Shown: positions 1 to 12,191 of the stretch, in pieces | Layout: each line of letters opens with the position of its first letter | How positions within the stretch are numbered: position 1 is the first letter of the stretch | Assembly: GCF_018350175.1 (NCBI RefSeq) | Contig: NC_058368.1 | Coordinates: 105,650,001 to 105,714,000 of the forward strand | From: Felis catus | Taxonomy: Eukaryota | DNA: 64,000 nucleotides | Direction: 5' to 3' | Notes under the pieces: generated by a model | What the model saw: the letters and a program-made list of their open reading frames with translations, nothing else | Told to the model about the DNA's origin: nothing | The model's database searches: none | Position numbers and translations under genes: made by a program

Positions 1-1060
1 AATAATTTTGACTGCCTAACTTACACCATTTTGATAATGTTTGAAAACTTTGCCCTTAACTTCTTAATCATTAATGGCTTCTGCATTTCCTTTCATGACT
101 GTCTATTTGTGGGGGTGACAAAAGCATCTTTCTCTGGCCTGGCACAAGACTGCAACCCTATTTGTGACTTTCACAAGACTTGGCTTCCCTCCTTTGAAAT
201 CTATCTTGACTTTCTCTTCTCAAATCACTACACCGTCATTAGAAATTTCTTTTGAGAAGACCACAAAGGATAAAATCAGATTAATTTATTTAGTGGATGC
301 TCACAGTGAAATATTTGGAAAACACGTGGAGTAATTTAAATCACTACAGAGGAACAGGAAAGCACCCTGCTGTTTCTCTGCAGGACCACTGTTCCCCTCT
401 CTGCTCAGCTATGCTGGCATCTGATGTCACAGCCTGTTGGATGGCATGTCTATGAAGTGCATTCAGATGGAGTGAAGAAATGAGGCCTGTGCTAAGTCAA
501 TCAGCTGGCTATTCAAGTACAGAATAATGTTCTCTTTGATCAGTCTGTCCTTAAAATGAGAACTTCTACTGACTATTAGGAATGCAAGGAACAGAGCTAA
601 AGGTCTACACATTTTATTTCATAAATGCTTTTCTCTGGAGTTTTCAACAGAATTAGCTCTAACTAGATACTTGTTCTACCTTCAAATACTTTGACCTTCT
701 TCATTAGATCTATGTAACTGAAGAGCACAGATGGATGGCTCTTATTAAGCTGATGTGAATTCATTTAGATTTATATGAGGGAGATGGATGGGTAATTCTT
801 CAACCCCAAATCTAAAGATAAGACATCAGTGATGAAAAGCCCCAGACCTTGGCAAATGAAGACGATGATTGTTGACACCACTTTTACAAAGTTAAAAAAA
901 GTACATGTAGTAGAAATTTCTAATTATAAAAGCTCTAGTTGAGTTACCTTTTAGGCCCTTAAAACAACATTTTTATTCCAGGTATTTTCAAACATACACA
1001 AACATAGAGACTAGTTAACAGATGCCCGTGAAGGACTGGTTTTAAAGTTCTAGGATTCTA

Positions 1061-1255
1061 GGGGCGCCTGGGTGGCTCAGTAAGTTACACATCCCGACTC
1101 TTGATTTTGGCTCAGGTCATCATCTCATGGTCCTTCGGGTAGAGCCCCATCTCTGGCTCTGCACTGACAGTGTGGAGCCTGCTTGGGATTCTCTCTCCCT
1201 CTGCGGAACTTCTGCTAGCTCCCTCTCTCTCGCTCTCTCTCTCTCAAAAATAAAC
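1061..1255 (+). mobile_element. CAN-SINE (SINEC)
   Basis: GGGGCGCCTGGGTGGCTCAG head, (CT)n and A tail; TSD aaagttctaggattct at 1044-1059 and 1256-1271. Confidence 0.9.
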
Positions 1256-1366
1256 AAAGTTCTAGGATTCTGAGGCTACACTGAAGCATCAGCCTTTGTT
1301 GTTCATTTTATGCACAGATACTTTAAGGTAAGAAAGGCAGATGGCACATAACAAGCAGGAGCTCAC

Positions 1367-1486
1367 CGACACACTGATTCCACTGGTAATGCTGAATATA
1401 CCCTTGAGGGCAACCACATCTGTAGCCTCCCAGGATGTTCTGGCAGCCATGCTGGCACCTGTGGTTTCCATCACATTCATCCACAT
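1367..1486 (-). CDS. FBN2: FBN2 exon 62 (cbEGF41)
   Basis: 120 nt, cag|...|gtgag; [40 protein letters not shown]. Confidence 0.95.
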
Positions 1487-3078
1487 CTGCAAAAACAGGC
1501 CCAGCATGAGATTCACGCAGACTTGCCTCTACTGTTCGGACGTGCACTCCCAACACAACCTGGGCTAACTGTCATCAGGGAAACTAACAAGACACACAAA
1601 GAGGCTGTGAGCTCTTCCAAGTCACATGGTTATTAAGGGTCATCACAGATGGTTCTAAGAGCCCACCTTCTTCTTATGCTGTCCACCGGACCATCTCCTG
1701 TCAGTGCTTTCAATAACATCTTCATTTCAGCAAATCAACAATAGCAACCTCAAATGTTGTGTATATTTTGGATGGATTAACTGCATATGGTGTGATTTAT
1801 TTGGTAGGTAATTGAAGCATATTTGCATTACATATTCCAGTAGATTCAATAGTGATTCGGACATTTTACTCCTCAATTTCAGGAAGATACAGCACTACAG
1901 AGATACCATTCAAAATTAAATTTAAAATTTAAGTATTTGAATGTTATTTTTAGATGTGATGTGGTATTCTTACACATCTGGAATAATTTCTTTGTTCGTA
2001 CATGCATATTCTTTGGGAATGATACCTGAGGTTTTGAAATCTACCCATAAAGAGTAAAATAAAATTGACACGTCTGATGTGTGTACAACAAATTTATATG
2101 GATAATTAATAAATGGTATCTTATGTGGATGGTCACAAGCTGAACTCACAAGTGGCAAACAGCTGTACATTCAGAATACTTTAAAATTTTCAATGATTTC
2201 AAATATAAAATGTTAAAATGGAAATTTTTAAAGCCGAATTTTTCTTGGCTGCAAATTAGATATATAAATGTCCTACACTTCTTATAAAGAGTACATTAAA
2301 AACTATGAATATATTTCTTAAATCAAAGGGTGACTAAAATCAATAAAGACATAAACTGCAATAGTTTATAAAAAAATGTAAGGAGATGTATATAGTCCTA
2401 TAATTTTTTTGGCATGGGTATTTTGCAAAAGATACCAATTCTAATAAATTAACACTTGCGATGGAAATATTAGAGAACAGTTTAATATTTTGTCAGGTAT
2501 AGGCAGATTCTTAATTTATTCCCAGTTAAACATTTCCTTGCACTTCACAAGAAATACCTATTGTGGGGGGTAGATTTATAGAAAATGCCCATTGTCAGGA
2601 AGAGAGTGAATCAGGAGTTTCAGAACAAATGAAATGGAAATAGCTCTCACTTTCCCCAGTGCTTTTCGTCTATTTCTGCAATTCTCTTTGATAACTGGTT
2701 CTTTCAAGACTTAACTTTCACACATGTCGTTATCATGGAACAAAGCCCCATGTTTTTTTCTGATTTATTTGTATACTACTGAAAACCATATTAGCTACAG
2801 AATTCTCTTGCAGTTTTATTTTTAGATCAGTAATTATGTAAAGACAACACTTACTTTAAAAGCCAGTTCATACTCTCATAATTTTGGTTCTACCACCTTA
2901 AAGTTTTCCTCTGCCCCCAGAATGATACATGAAAATCTAAGAACAAAAATCAGTTCCTGAGTTCTATCTTGTTAAGTACTTTCTTTCTTTTGAGATGATC
3001 TCATTTCTCATTTAGTGGCTTGGGAGTTAAAAATAGTTTGCTGTGTTAGATCAAGGGTTTTTGAGCAAATAAACTGAC

Positions 3079-3207
3079 CTTCACAGTTCAGTCCAGTGGC
3101 ATCAAGAGAGAACCCTCTTTGGCATTCGCAGCTGAAACTTCCAGGCGTGTTTTGACAGATTCCTTTTGCTCCACAGAGTGAAGGCTGAGACCCACATTCA
3201 TTGTTGT
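3079..3207 (-). CDS. FBN2: FBN2 exon 61 (cbEGF40)
   Basis: 129 nt, tag|...|gtcag; DNNECGSQPSLCGAKGICQNTPGSFSCECQRGFSLDATGLNCE. Confidence 0.95.
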
Positions 3208-3810
3208 CTAGCAAAGCAGGAAGGAGGAATGTCAAGCTTCCTAATCATTACCTGAGATTTCACTATACAAAGTGAAAAGTGAGGTATGAAAGCCTAAGTT
3301 TCAAGATGTGAAAACTTGAGGGAAATGTATGGCCAGATTCATTGTCATGTTAGTGGCAAGAAAAGGACTATTTCAAGACATGTGAAGTTAAAGTGTATCT
3401 TGGGTTGATCGAGGACATGATTTCTGATAACACAGACTGAAGGTCTCTTAACGTGTGTGTCTTCTAACATAAAATAATCCACCGTGTTCACTAGCATGTT
3501 GTAAATTACAGTGAACCTTTATCCATATTTTGTCTGAATACACATGGTTATATTTAGAATGCAATAGAAAGGCACTGTTTGGAATACACCCTACCGTGCT
3601 TGTGCTTGGTTGGACCTTAACTATTTTTTTCCTTTGGATATTATTCTTGGGCAAAAACACCTATATTATTAGCCTCATTTCTAGACACTAATTATGACGC
3701 ATTGGTCCTAAATAGGAGTATTGAGCCATTCGTTATTCTCCCACTTTAAGTATGATTTTTATGCATCTACCAAGAGTTTGCAAAACTTGCCATTTGTAGT
3801 TTTGTCTTAC

Positions 3811-3927
3811 CGATACAAGCAGTGTGGTGCTGTGTGAAACCAGGTGGACATTTACAAGTAAAACCTCCCAGAGTGTTGACACAGAGGAACTGGCAGTTGT
3901 GCTGTTTGGTTTGACATTCATCAAGGT
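3811..3927 (-). CDS. FBN2: FBN2 exon 60 (cbEGF39)
   Basis: 117 nt, cag|...|gtaag; [39 protein letters not shown]. Confidence 0.95.
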
Positions 3928-4412
3928 CTGAAATGAAAGAGAAGCCAGTGAAAATCAGAGCAGAGTCACCTGGCTGTGCATTCTTTCTCATGAAGCCACA
4001 GGATGTGTACATCTTCCATTGGGAGTATATTGCCTAGAGCTGTGCAGGAAGCTTTACAGACTTCCATACGTGTATGGCAAGCAGTTCCTTTTCTCACATG
4101 TCAGCAGCATAAATATCATGGGCTGCTCTGATAGGATGGCTAAGGTGATACATAACACAAAGTTTTCCTAGAATAAGAAAGTGAATGGAGGAGTCACAGT
4201 GGTTTACACGAACCGTTCTCAAAGCGAATATCCAAAGGGTATAATTTTTGAATTTAATGCACAGTTCAGTACATGGCTGGTCACTTACTCCTATTAAAAG
4301 AGGGGTTAAATAATAATAAAAACATCTGGAAATTGATGAAGGTCTGAAAACAAACACTGAGTCAGGTTCTCAGATTCCAAATGAAAACACCATCATAAAT
4401 ACAAGAGGAAGC

Positions 4413-4490
4413 AAAAAAAAAAAAAAAAAACAAAAAAAAACACAAAAAAACAAAAAACAAAAAAAACAACAAAAAACAAAACAAAAAAAA
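4413..4490 (+). repeat. A-rich low-complexity tract (A)n/(CAAAA)n
   Basis: Poly-A run interrupted by C. Confidence 0.85.
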
Positions 4491-5356
4491 CCCCCAAAAT
4501 ACAGCATCTGTGATTCTGATCATAAATGGAATTTATATTTGAACTAACAGAAAACTCAAAATGTGATTTTGGTTAGATTAGAACTTAATATATTGAAGTA
4601 AATATGCAAAGCAATATAAGATATAAACAACACTAATTCATTATATTAAAGCTTAAAAAGCACACACTAGTTGTACTCTTAACAACGTGCAAAATTACAT
4701 TGACTCCTGATGGCTCGATAAATAGGTCAAAGAGAATAGTACTGCGTGCTATTATTGTTAGTACTTTTTTTTCGGTATTCCTTGGAAATAAAACTTCATT
4801 CTTCTTAAGAATAACCTGTATTTCAAAAATTTAAGAAGGAATTTCTTCAGTCCATTGATTTTATACTGGTGAGGTTTATGAAAAAATGAATGCGTGACTA
4901 TAGCATTGGAGCCACAGTAATTGTCTAACTTAGTTTGATAATTACTTTCAATACTACCTAAGCAAAGAATTTTAAATTCAACCATTCATTTTCAATATTC
5001 TGTGGTAGACATATAATAAAAGTAGTTTAGAGAAATAAGATCCTACATAAGCAACGAAAGAAATTTGCTTTCAGTTATTTGTTTCAATGTCTTCCCTCAC
5101 CGTTTTTTGTCTTATGTAATTTCATTTAATTTTGAATTGTGTGGTTTGCTAGAAGAAGCAAACTGGGGTAGTTTGGGTTTCAATGCTCTCTGCCCCCTGC
5201 ACGTGTCCTTCAGTAGAGGTTTCTGTGCCATAATAAGGTGGTCACTAGGAAGATGTGCTTTAATGAAGGAGATACAGGTGGAGGAATCCCGGACTCGCTA
5301 GATTCAGATCGGAAAGGAGAGAGACAAGGGTCAGAAATGCCAGAGACTCCGCTCAC

Positions 5357-5479
5357 CTTTGCAAGTCTTTGCGTCCTCCTGTAGGACATATCCCCGGGGA
5401 CATGAGCACTGGTAGCTTCCCTCAGTGTTCTTGCAGATGAAGTTGCATGGTTTCGGGGACTGAGAACATTCATCAAGAT
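5357..5479 (-). CDS. FBN2: FBN2 exon 59 (cbEGF38)
   Basis: 123 nt, tag|...|gtgag; [41 protein letters not shown]. Confidence 0.95.
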
Positions 5480-5537
5480 CTAAGTAAGAGTGATATGAAG
5501 ATTAAATTCTTAGTTTCAAGGAGCAACTGGCCTCCTT

Positions 5538-5779
5538 CCTCCCTCCATATTCTTACTTCATCTTTTTCTTTTCCACTTCAACTTAAAAAGGAAAAACAGC
5601 CAGAGAGAAAAGATGCACGCAACAGTGTCCTTGAGAGTAATGTACTGGTTTACTTCGTCCTCCCTCCATATTCTTACTTCATCTTTTTCTTTTCCACTTC
5701 AACTTAAAATGGAAAAACAGCCAGAGAGAAAAGATGCACGCAACAGTGTCCTTGAGAGTAATGTACTGGTTTACTTCGT
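5538..5779. repeat. Tandem duplication, 2 x 121 bp
   Basis: 5538-5658 and 5659-5779 are identical except one A/T mismatch (aaaaagg vs aaaatgg). Confidence 0.93.
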
Positions 5780-5847
5780 AGAGCAGTCTATGATTCTTGG
5801 ATAAATGTAATATCTGTACAACTATGCGGGTTCAAAAAATCCACCAC

Positions 5848-6067
5848 GGGGCGCCTGGGTGGAGCAGTCGGTTAAGCGTCCGACTTCAGCCAGGTCACGA
5901 TCTCGCGGTCCGTGAGTTTGAGCCCCGCGTCAAGCTCTGGGCGGATGGCTAGGAGCCTGGAGCCTGTTATCGATTCTGTGTCTCCCTCTCTCTCTGCCCC
6001 TCCCCTGTTCATGCTCTGTCTCTCTCTGTCCCAAAAATAAATAAAAACGTTGAGAAAAAAAAAAAAA
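5848..6067 (+). mobile_element. Young feline-type CAN-SINE (SINEC_Fc-like)
   Basis: CpG-rich head gcgtccgacttcagccaggtcacgatctcgcggtccgtgag, A tail, TSD aaaaaatccaccac. Confidence 0.9.
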
Positions 6068-6084
6068 TCCACCACATTGGTTTT

Positions 6085-6281
6085 TTAAAATTTTTAAATA
6101 TTTTTGAGAGAGAGAGAGAGAGCGTGTGTGCACAAGTGGGGGAGATTCAGAGAGGGAGACAGGATCCCAAGCAGGCTGTGTGCCGTTAGCACAAAGCCCG
6201 ACATGGATCTCTAACCCACCGACCATGAGATCACAACCTGAGCCGAAGTCAGATCCTCAACCAACTGAGCCACCAGGCGCT
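6085..6281 (-). mobile_element. CAN-SINE
   Basis: T tail, (GA)n and reverse-complement head ending ccaccaggcgc. Confidence 0.85.
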
Positions 6282-6362
6282 GTGCCACTACATTCTTTAG
6301 ATTTATGTATTTCGGTTTATAGCTTGAGGATCATACTCTAAAATGTAAGAATGTCTTTCTTC

Positions 6363-6614
6363 CTTTAAAAAAATTTTATTTCTGAGACAGAGAGACAGGG
6401 AGAGGGAGGGAGGAAGAGAGGGAGACAGACAGAAAGAATGAGAATGAACAGGGAAGGGGCAGAGAGGGAGACACAGAATCTCCAGCAGGATCCAGGCTCT
6501 GAGCTTTCAGCACAGAGCTGGATGACCCGATGTAGGGCTTGAACTCATGAATTGCGAGATCATGACCTGAGCTGAAACCGGACCCTTAACCGACTAAGCC
6601 ACCCAGGTGCCCCC
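6363..6614 (-). mobile_element. CAN-SINE
   Basis: Reverse-complement SINE ending gccacccaggtgcccc. Confidence 0.85.
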
Positions 6615-7799
6615 AGAGTTTCTTTCTTCGGACAGTGTGACACACGGGTATGGAAGACGTTCTCTTGAACTGTTAGCTGACATGCTAAGCACCGTGGGGC
6701 ACCACAGATCCAGATCTAAGTCTTCAGGCTGGCCCACCGTGCTGCTAGACTTGGGCCCAGGCTGCTAGACTACACACACGCCACCAGCAGGTTCTCTTTG
6801 CTGTCTGTCTGGTCCTTATTTCCCTCCACACCCTCCCTGCAAGATGGCTCAGGCTCTGAGTCACGGGGTCAGGGGTCACAGCTCCTTTCAAGGCAGCCCT
6901 CCGTGCACAATTTTCCCCTCCCAGGGTTCAATGACATCTCCCTCTTCTCTTTTGGCACAGCCCCAGCACACAGCACTGTGCCTCGCAGTTTCTACACACT
7001 CTGCTCACATCTTTATTCAAAACAACTGTCTTTGAATCGTCCCCACCTTTCAATACACTACCTCTTTACTGCTAAGACTGTCAGACGGCAAACAATCTCC
7101 ATTTCTTCCTAAAACATACTGATCCATGCCTCCAGAATGCCAAAAGCTCATGATCAACAGCCTGTTCTCAAGCACTCTCATGCCCAACCAAGTGAGTCAG
7201 ATGCTCACTAAGAGTCAGTATGGGTTTTCTTAACCTTTTCATCCCAGGTTGTTATTAAAACAGGAACTTGAATAGAAGTAAAGCTGCAAGGTAATTAAAT
7301 ATGGAGGAGAGAAGACTTGTTTTTTTTTTTTGGTCATCATTGAAAACTAAGTCGAATGCTTTGGAAAGACTTGATAAAGGCAAGCCTCCCACCCCTGCCC
7401 TTAACTGTTATGGAATTCTGCGTGTGAGACAATAAGAAACTGAATTAGAAAAAGAGACTGTAAAAACATAGAAGGATTCTGCCTTGAGACTTCTTTCCAA
7501 CTGGAAATGATACATGATGCTTAATTGGTATATTTTATGCCAAAAACAGCAATGAGGAGCAAAACGCATTCTCTATATATGCTAACACACATGTCCAGAG
7601 TCCGAAGTCATTTTATATTAAAATATAAAATGTTGAAACAATATTTTTGAAATAATTTTTATGCTTCTCCAATTGAACACTTCCTGATGAACTGAACAGT
7701 TCTGTGTCCCACACGCTCCATGGTAAACACTGCACTGACAGGAGTGACCTGTAGGCATGGGAGCCAGCCACCCCCAGAGGGAGAGACGCGGCACCTTAC

Positions 7800-7925
7800 C
7801 TACGCACGAGGTGCCGCTGATGTCTGTGGTGTAGCCAACTTTGCAGAAGCACCGGAATGAGCCCATGGTATTGATGCACTGACCATTGCTGCAAAGGTTT
7901 GGCATAACTTTGCATTCGTCGATAT
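7800..7925 (-). CDS. FBN2: FBN2 exon 58 (cbEGF37)
   Basis: 126 nt, cag|...|gtaag; [42 protein letters not shown]. Confidence 0.95.
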   Translation of the reverse strand: MSTNAKLCQTFAAMVSASIPWAHSGASAKLATPQTSAAPRA

Positions 7926-8932
7926 CTGTGGGCAACAACAACCCCAAAATGAAAACAAACGTACAAGTTAATACATATGCGGGGATAACGCTGGTGGGAA
8001 AACTAAGAGAAACGAAGGAAGTGACGTGAGAGAACTAGCAACCAACATCCACAGTGCTGCTCACTCCAGCGGCTGGCAACTTGCAAGGGAAAGAAAACTC
8101 TTCTGAAGTGACCGGAAGAGATACATCCATGGAAGCTAGGTTGAAAGCCCTGCTTAAGTCTACTTGTTTTGCAATATAAGTGTGTATTATTTTGGCGGGA
8201 TGTATACAGCTACCTCTCTGAAGCTCAAGTAATCTGGAATTTGTGATGATCTCCTATGCTCGGACCTCATATTCACACTGGGATTCGGCTCTGAAGAAAG
8301 GGTTTCATTAGCAACGTGATCAGGCCTGGGGCCAAGAGTCTGTGTAGTAATAGAAGAACATGGTATTTTTCAGGACATCAGTCTATCAGGTGGTTGTACA
8401 GAAAAATGGAAACAGAGGACTAATGGGCCAGAGGCTAGAATTTACCTCCAAAGTTAGAGCCTTTAGATATAAACTGCTTAAAAGAGGAATGGGCTCAGGA
8501 AGGGGAAAAAAAAAATTGGAAACCACAAACTGATAATGAGGCTTGTTGGTTTGTATATACGTTGCAAACTGACTGAGTCCCTGTGCACAAATAGGCAACA
8601 CGTTATTTAAGTAAAGCAGGTATAGTTTGGGGGGTTACAAGCATGGCCTTTGGGGTAAGACAGGTATGTTCTGTTGCTGAGTGCATCCCTTAGAAAGGGT
8701 GTGATCTCAAGAAAATTACTTACTGTTACCAAAGCTTTCAGTTTTCCCAGTAAATCCTACCTCTTAAATATGAAGACTGCATCTTTTCCAGTCTCCAAAT
8801 CATTAGCAAGAAGCGTATACAAACACATGTAAGTATTTCAGCTATCGTATCAATTTTTCACTTTTCCTTCGGGTTAACCTAAGTTAATGTTCATGGTATT
8901 GGTAGCGTGCATCAATTTCCTCAACTCCTTAC

Positions 8933-9139
8933 CTCTTCCATCAGTGGTATATCCTGGGCCATGAGGACATATCTTTTTGTACTGGGCAGTTCCCGGAAGT
9001 GGGCAGAGCTCACACTGGTGACCCCAGCCTCGCCCCCCGTCACAGCAGCATTCGGACTTTGTGACGAGATTGCGGCTGCTGGACGCCATCTGACACATCG
9101 TCTGCAACACCTCGGCAAAGCAGAGTCCCTGTCGATTGT
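8933..9139 (-). CDS. FBN2: FBN2 exon 57 (TB7)
   Basis: 207 nt, cag|...|gtaag; [69 protein letters not shown]. Confidence 0.95.
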
Positions 9140-10462
9140 CTGAAATAATGAGTTAATAAGCATCAGTGACATGGTGCTGACACTTCATTTTCATCTTCAA
9201 GTAAAATAGGACCATCAATGCTTTTCTTCCTGGCGGTAATGTTTTCAAAGGGGAGTACTCTTCTATGTGAACAGCCACGCTGCCTGACAGTTTCATGAAC
9301 ACAAAGGTGTTAGAGAATCAGTTCAAAGCATGTTCTTTTACTAGAGTTTATTAAATTTGACAAAAGGTGATACTGTCCTTTAGAAATAGATTTATTTTTC
9401 TTCAATCCATCAGCAACTAGTTGATAGCAAGCTATCATTCCTGCAGAATGCAAATAAAAGGAAAATGAAATGAAATCATTTCCCTATAAATAAGCAAATG
9501 AGTATCAGGATTTATTTGTGGAAATTCCAGATGATGTTACAATGTTGGTACGTATTCAGTCCAATCTCATATTTTCTGCATCTAAAAGAGGGTTCAAACA
9601 TGTGGGCTAAATGGTTTTTTTTTTTGTTTTTTTGTTTAGTATAAATGAAGGAATTTCTCTGATGTAAATAGGCAAATAAATCTTTAATATGAACCATCCC
9701 AGTGAAAATACTATAAACAAAAAAGTACATTAGACTATGTAGGTTATCTTTTCTATTTCCGGAAAGATTGGTGGTTAGTAAGGGTCTAGATTGTAAATAA
9801 TATTTATTTTCTTGACTAACAGTTTCCGAGGATTTAACGCAGTGACATCATTTGGAGAATCTGATATGGCTGAGACATTCTGTTTTTGTATCAGTGATGA
9901 GTACTCTTATTTCTCGGTTTGCCTTAAATTTTCCTCCTCCATACATTTACACCTGCTCATATTTAACTGAAATGGCTTATAATATAGGTATTTTAGCATT
10001 AAAATACAACATAATGTCTGAGCTTTATATTTTCCACAAGAAAATATTTTGTAAAACATTTTTTTCTGTACCATAAAATAAAAATTAACCTTCACTGCAT
10101 TTTTGAAATGTGGCATTTACTTTAATATTATTAATACAGCAAAGCTTACCTCACATAGCAAATATTTTCTTATGGAATTAAATCATCTCCTTATGTAAGT
10201 TTTAGTAAAGTCACATTTTCCATAGAGCTTAATTAATCTTAATTTTGAAAAGACTATTTACATGACACATAGATGTGCATACAACACATGGGCAGAAATA
10301 CATCATTTTAATAGATGGGTCCCTTCAGGAAGAGGCATATTGGATTACTCAGATTGGGGGGTTTTATAGCAGACAAGACTATGTATGTAGAGCCCTTCTG
10401 TGATGACATCATAAAATGGATGTTTTACTTACCAAGTATAATACAATCAGATGTCCACTTAC

Positions 10463-10588
10463 CAAGGCATTCGGTGCCTGAGGAACTTGACTGAAATCCT
10501 TCACTACACTCACATCGGTAGCTCCCGATAGTGTTAACACAGCGCCCATTTTCACAAATTCCTGGCTTGGTCCTGCATTCATTTTCAT
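10463..10588 (-). CDS. FBN2: FBN2 exon 56 (cbEGF36)
   Basis: 126 nt, aag|...|gtaag; [42 protein letters not shown]. Confidence 0.95.
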
Positions 10589-11151
10589 CTTTGGGAAAAC
10601 AAATAGGGTGAATAATGAGCAGAGTGTAAAATGACCATTCACAAATGATCCTTAAGGGAGTTACATCTTATTTAAAATGTCCTCACCAAAATACCAACAT
10701 GATGGGATAAAAACTCGTCATATGAACATGGATTTATTTTTAACTCCATCCAGGAGGGTTCTTTCTTAACAAAATGTTTTTCTTTTTTTCCCTTCCCTTC
10801 CTTGTGGGGGAGGTATGGTCGTTTGATGGAAAATTGACCTCCACGAGGCATAAACTTGCCCCAAGACACCAGACAAGGTGAGGAAGAACTCTGGGGGGAG
10901 GGTGCCAGTTTACACGATACGGGAGCGAGGCTGGGGGCTGAGGGGAGGGGGGTGTTAAGGAAGGGTGGAGAGTAGGGTAAAAGCCACACAGGCAAGCATG
11001 AAGCGCAGGCTCCCAGACTGGCTTTGAGTCAAATCAGAGGAGCAGCGTGGTTTGTGAGGACTCTTACTGGTTGAAGAAATTTAGGGAGTTCTGCTCTTTT
11101 GGTTGGTGATAAATCTATTAGGGCAAAATGGTTTTCATTAAAATCTCTTCT

Positions 11152-11374
11152 GGGGCGCCTGAGTGGCGCAGTCGGTTGAGCCTCCGACTTCAGCCAGGTC
11201 ACGATCTCGCGGTCCGTGAGTTCGAGCCCCGCGTCAGGCTCTGGGCTGATGGCTCAGAGCCTGGAGCCTGTTTCCGAATCTGTGTCTCCCTCTCTCTCTG
11301 CCCCTCCCCCGTTCATGCTCTGTTTCTCTCTGTCCCAAAAATAAATAAATGTTGAAAAAAAAAATTAAAAAAAA
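11152..11374 (+). mobile_element. Young feline-type CAN-SINE (SINEC_Fc-like)
   Basis: Near-consensus CpG-rich head, A tail, TSD aaaatctctt. Confidence 0.9.
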
Positions 11375-11574
11375 ATCTCTTTTATCTTTACTGGGTTTGA
11401 TATTCTGTAAATTTTGTTTGGGGCTTTTTTTTTTTTTTTTTGAAGCTATGCTATCAAGAACCTAAGAGAGCTTATGACAATGAAATATTTTTGATAAGCT
11501 GCTTTCATCTTTATACTTCTTAATATTTTTTTGTCAGGATGTTTTTGTTTTTGCTTTGTTTTTGGTCAGGATGT

Positions 11575-11950
11575 TTTTTTTTCTTATTTTTTACTTTACA
11601 TCCAAGTTAGTTAGCATATACTACAATAATGATTTCAGAAGTAGATTCCATTGATTCATCCCCTACATATAACACCCAGTGCTCATCTCAACAAATGTCT
11701 TCCTCAATGCCCCTTGCCCATTTAGTCATCCCTCCACCCACCACCCCTGCAGCAACCCTCATTTGTTCTCTGTGTTTAAGAGTCTCTGATGTTTTGCCCC
11801 CTCCCTGGTTTTATATTATTTTTGCTTCCCTTCCCTTATGTTCATCTGTTTTGTATCTTAAAGCCCTCACATGAGTGAAGTCATATATTTGTCTTTACTT
11901 AATTTCGCTTAGCATGATACACTCTACTTCTAACCACATTGTTGCAAATT
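11575..11950 (-). mobile_element. Carnivore L1 3' end fragment
   Basis: T tail followed by a typical carnivore L1 3'UTR in reverse (tacatataacacccagtgctcatc...gcaaccctcatttgttctc...tgttgcaaat). Confidence 0.75.
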
Positions 11951-11984
11951 ATACTTTTTAATCTTTAATTTGTTGATATTTAAA

Positions 11985-12191
11985 TTTTTTAATGCATATT
12001 CATTTTTGAGAGACAGAGACAGAACATGAGTGGGGGAGGGGTAGAGAAAGAGGGAGACACAGAATCCCAAGCAGGTTCCAGGCTCTGAGCTGCCAGCACA
12101 GAGCCCCATGTGGGGCTCAAACTCGTAGACCATGAGATCATGACCTGAGTTGAAGTCAGATGCTTAACACACTGAGCCACCTAGGCACCCC
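11985..12191 (-). mobile_element. CAN-SINE
   Basis: Reverse-complement SINE ending gagccacctaggcacccc. Confidence 0.85.

Noticed and set aside
1061..1140. tRNA-like A/B-box sequence at SINE heads
   Set aside because: CAN-SINEs are tRNA-derived; these heads run straight into SINE bodies and are not tRNA genes.
5872..6341. Recurrent ORFs with motifs like GSVLTAQSLEPASDSVS or EREGDTES (also near 11.1, 12.0, 18.3, 42.2, 43.3, 50.4 and 61 kb)
   Set aside because: Translations of CAN-SINE sequence, not a gene family.
10660..11450. Possible LTR-like element with a G-rich tract (about 10890-10980) hosting the SINE at 11152
   Set aside because: I could not define TG...CA ends, a TSD or a family by eye; it needs a RepeatMasker run.
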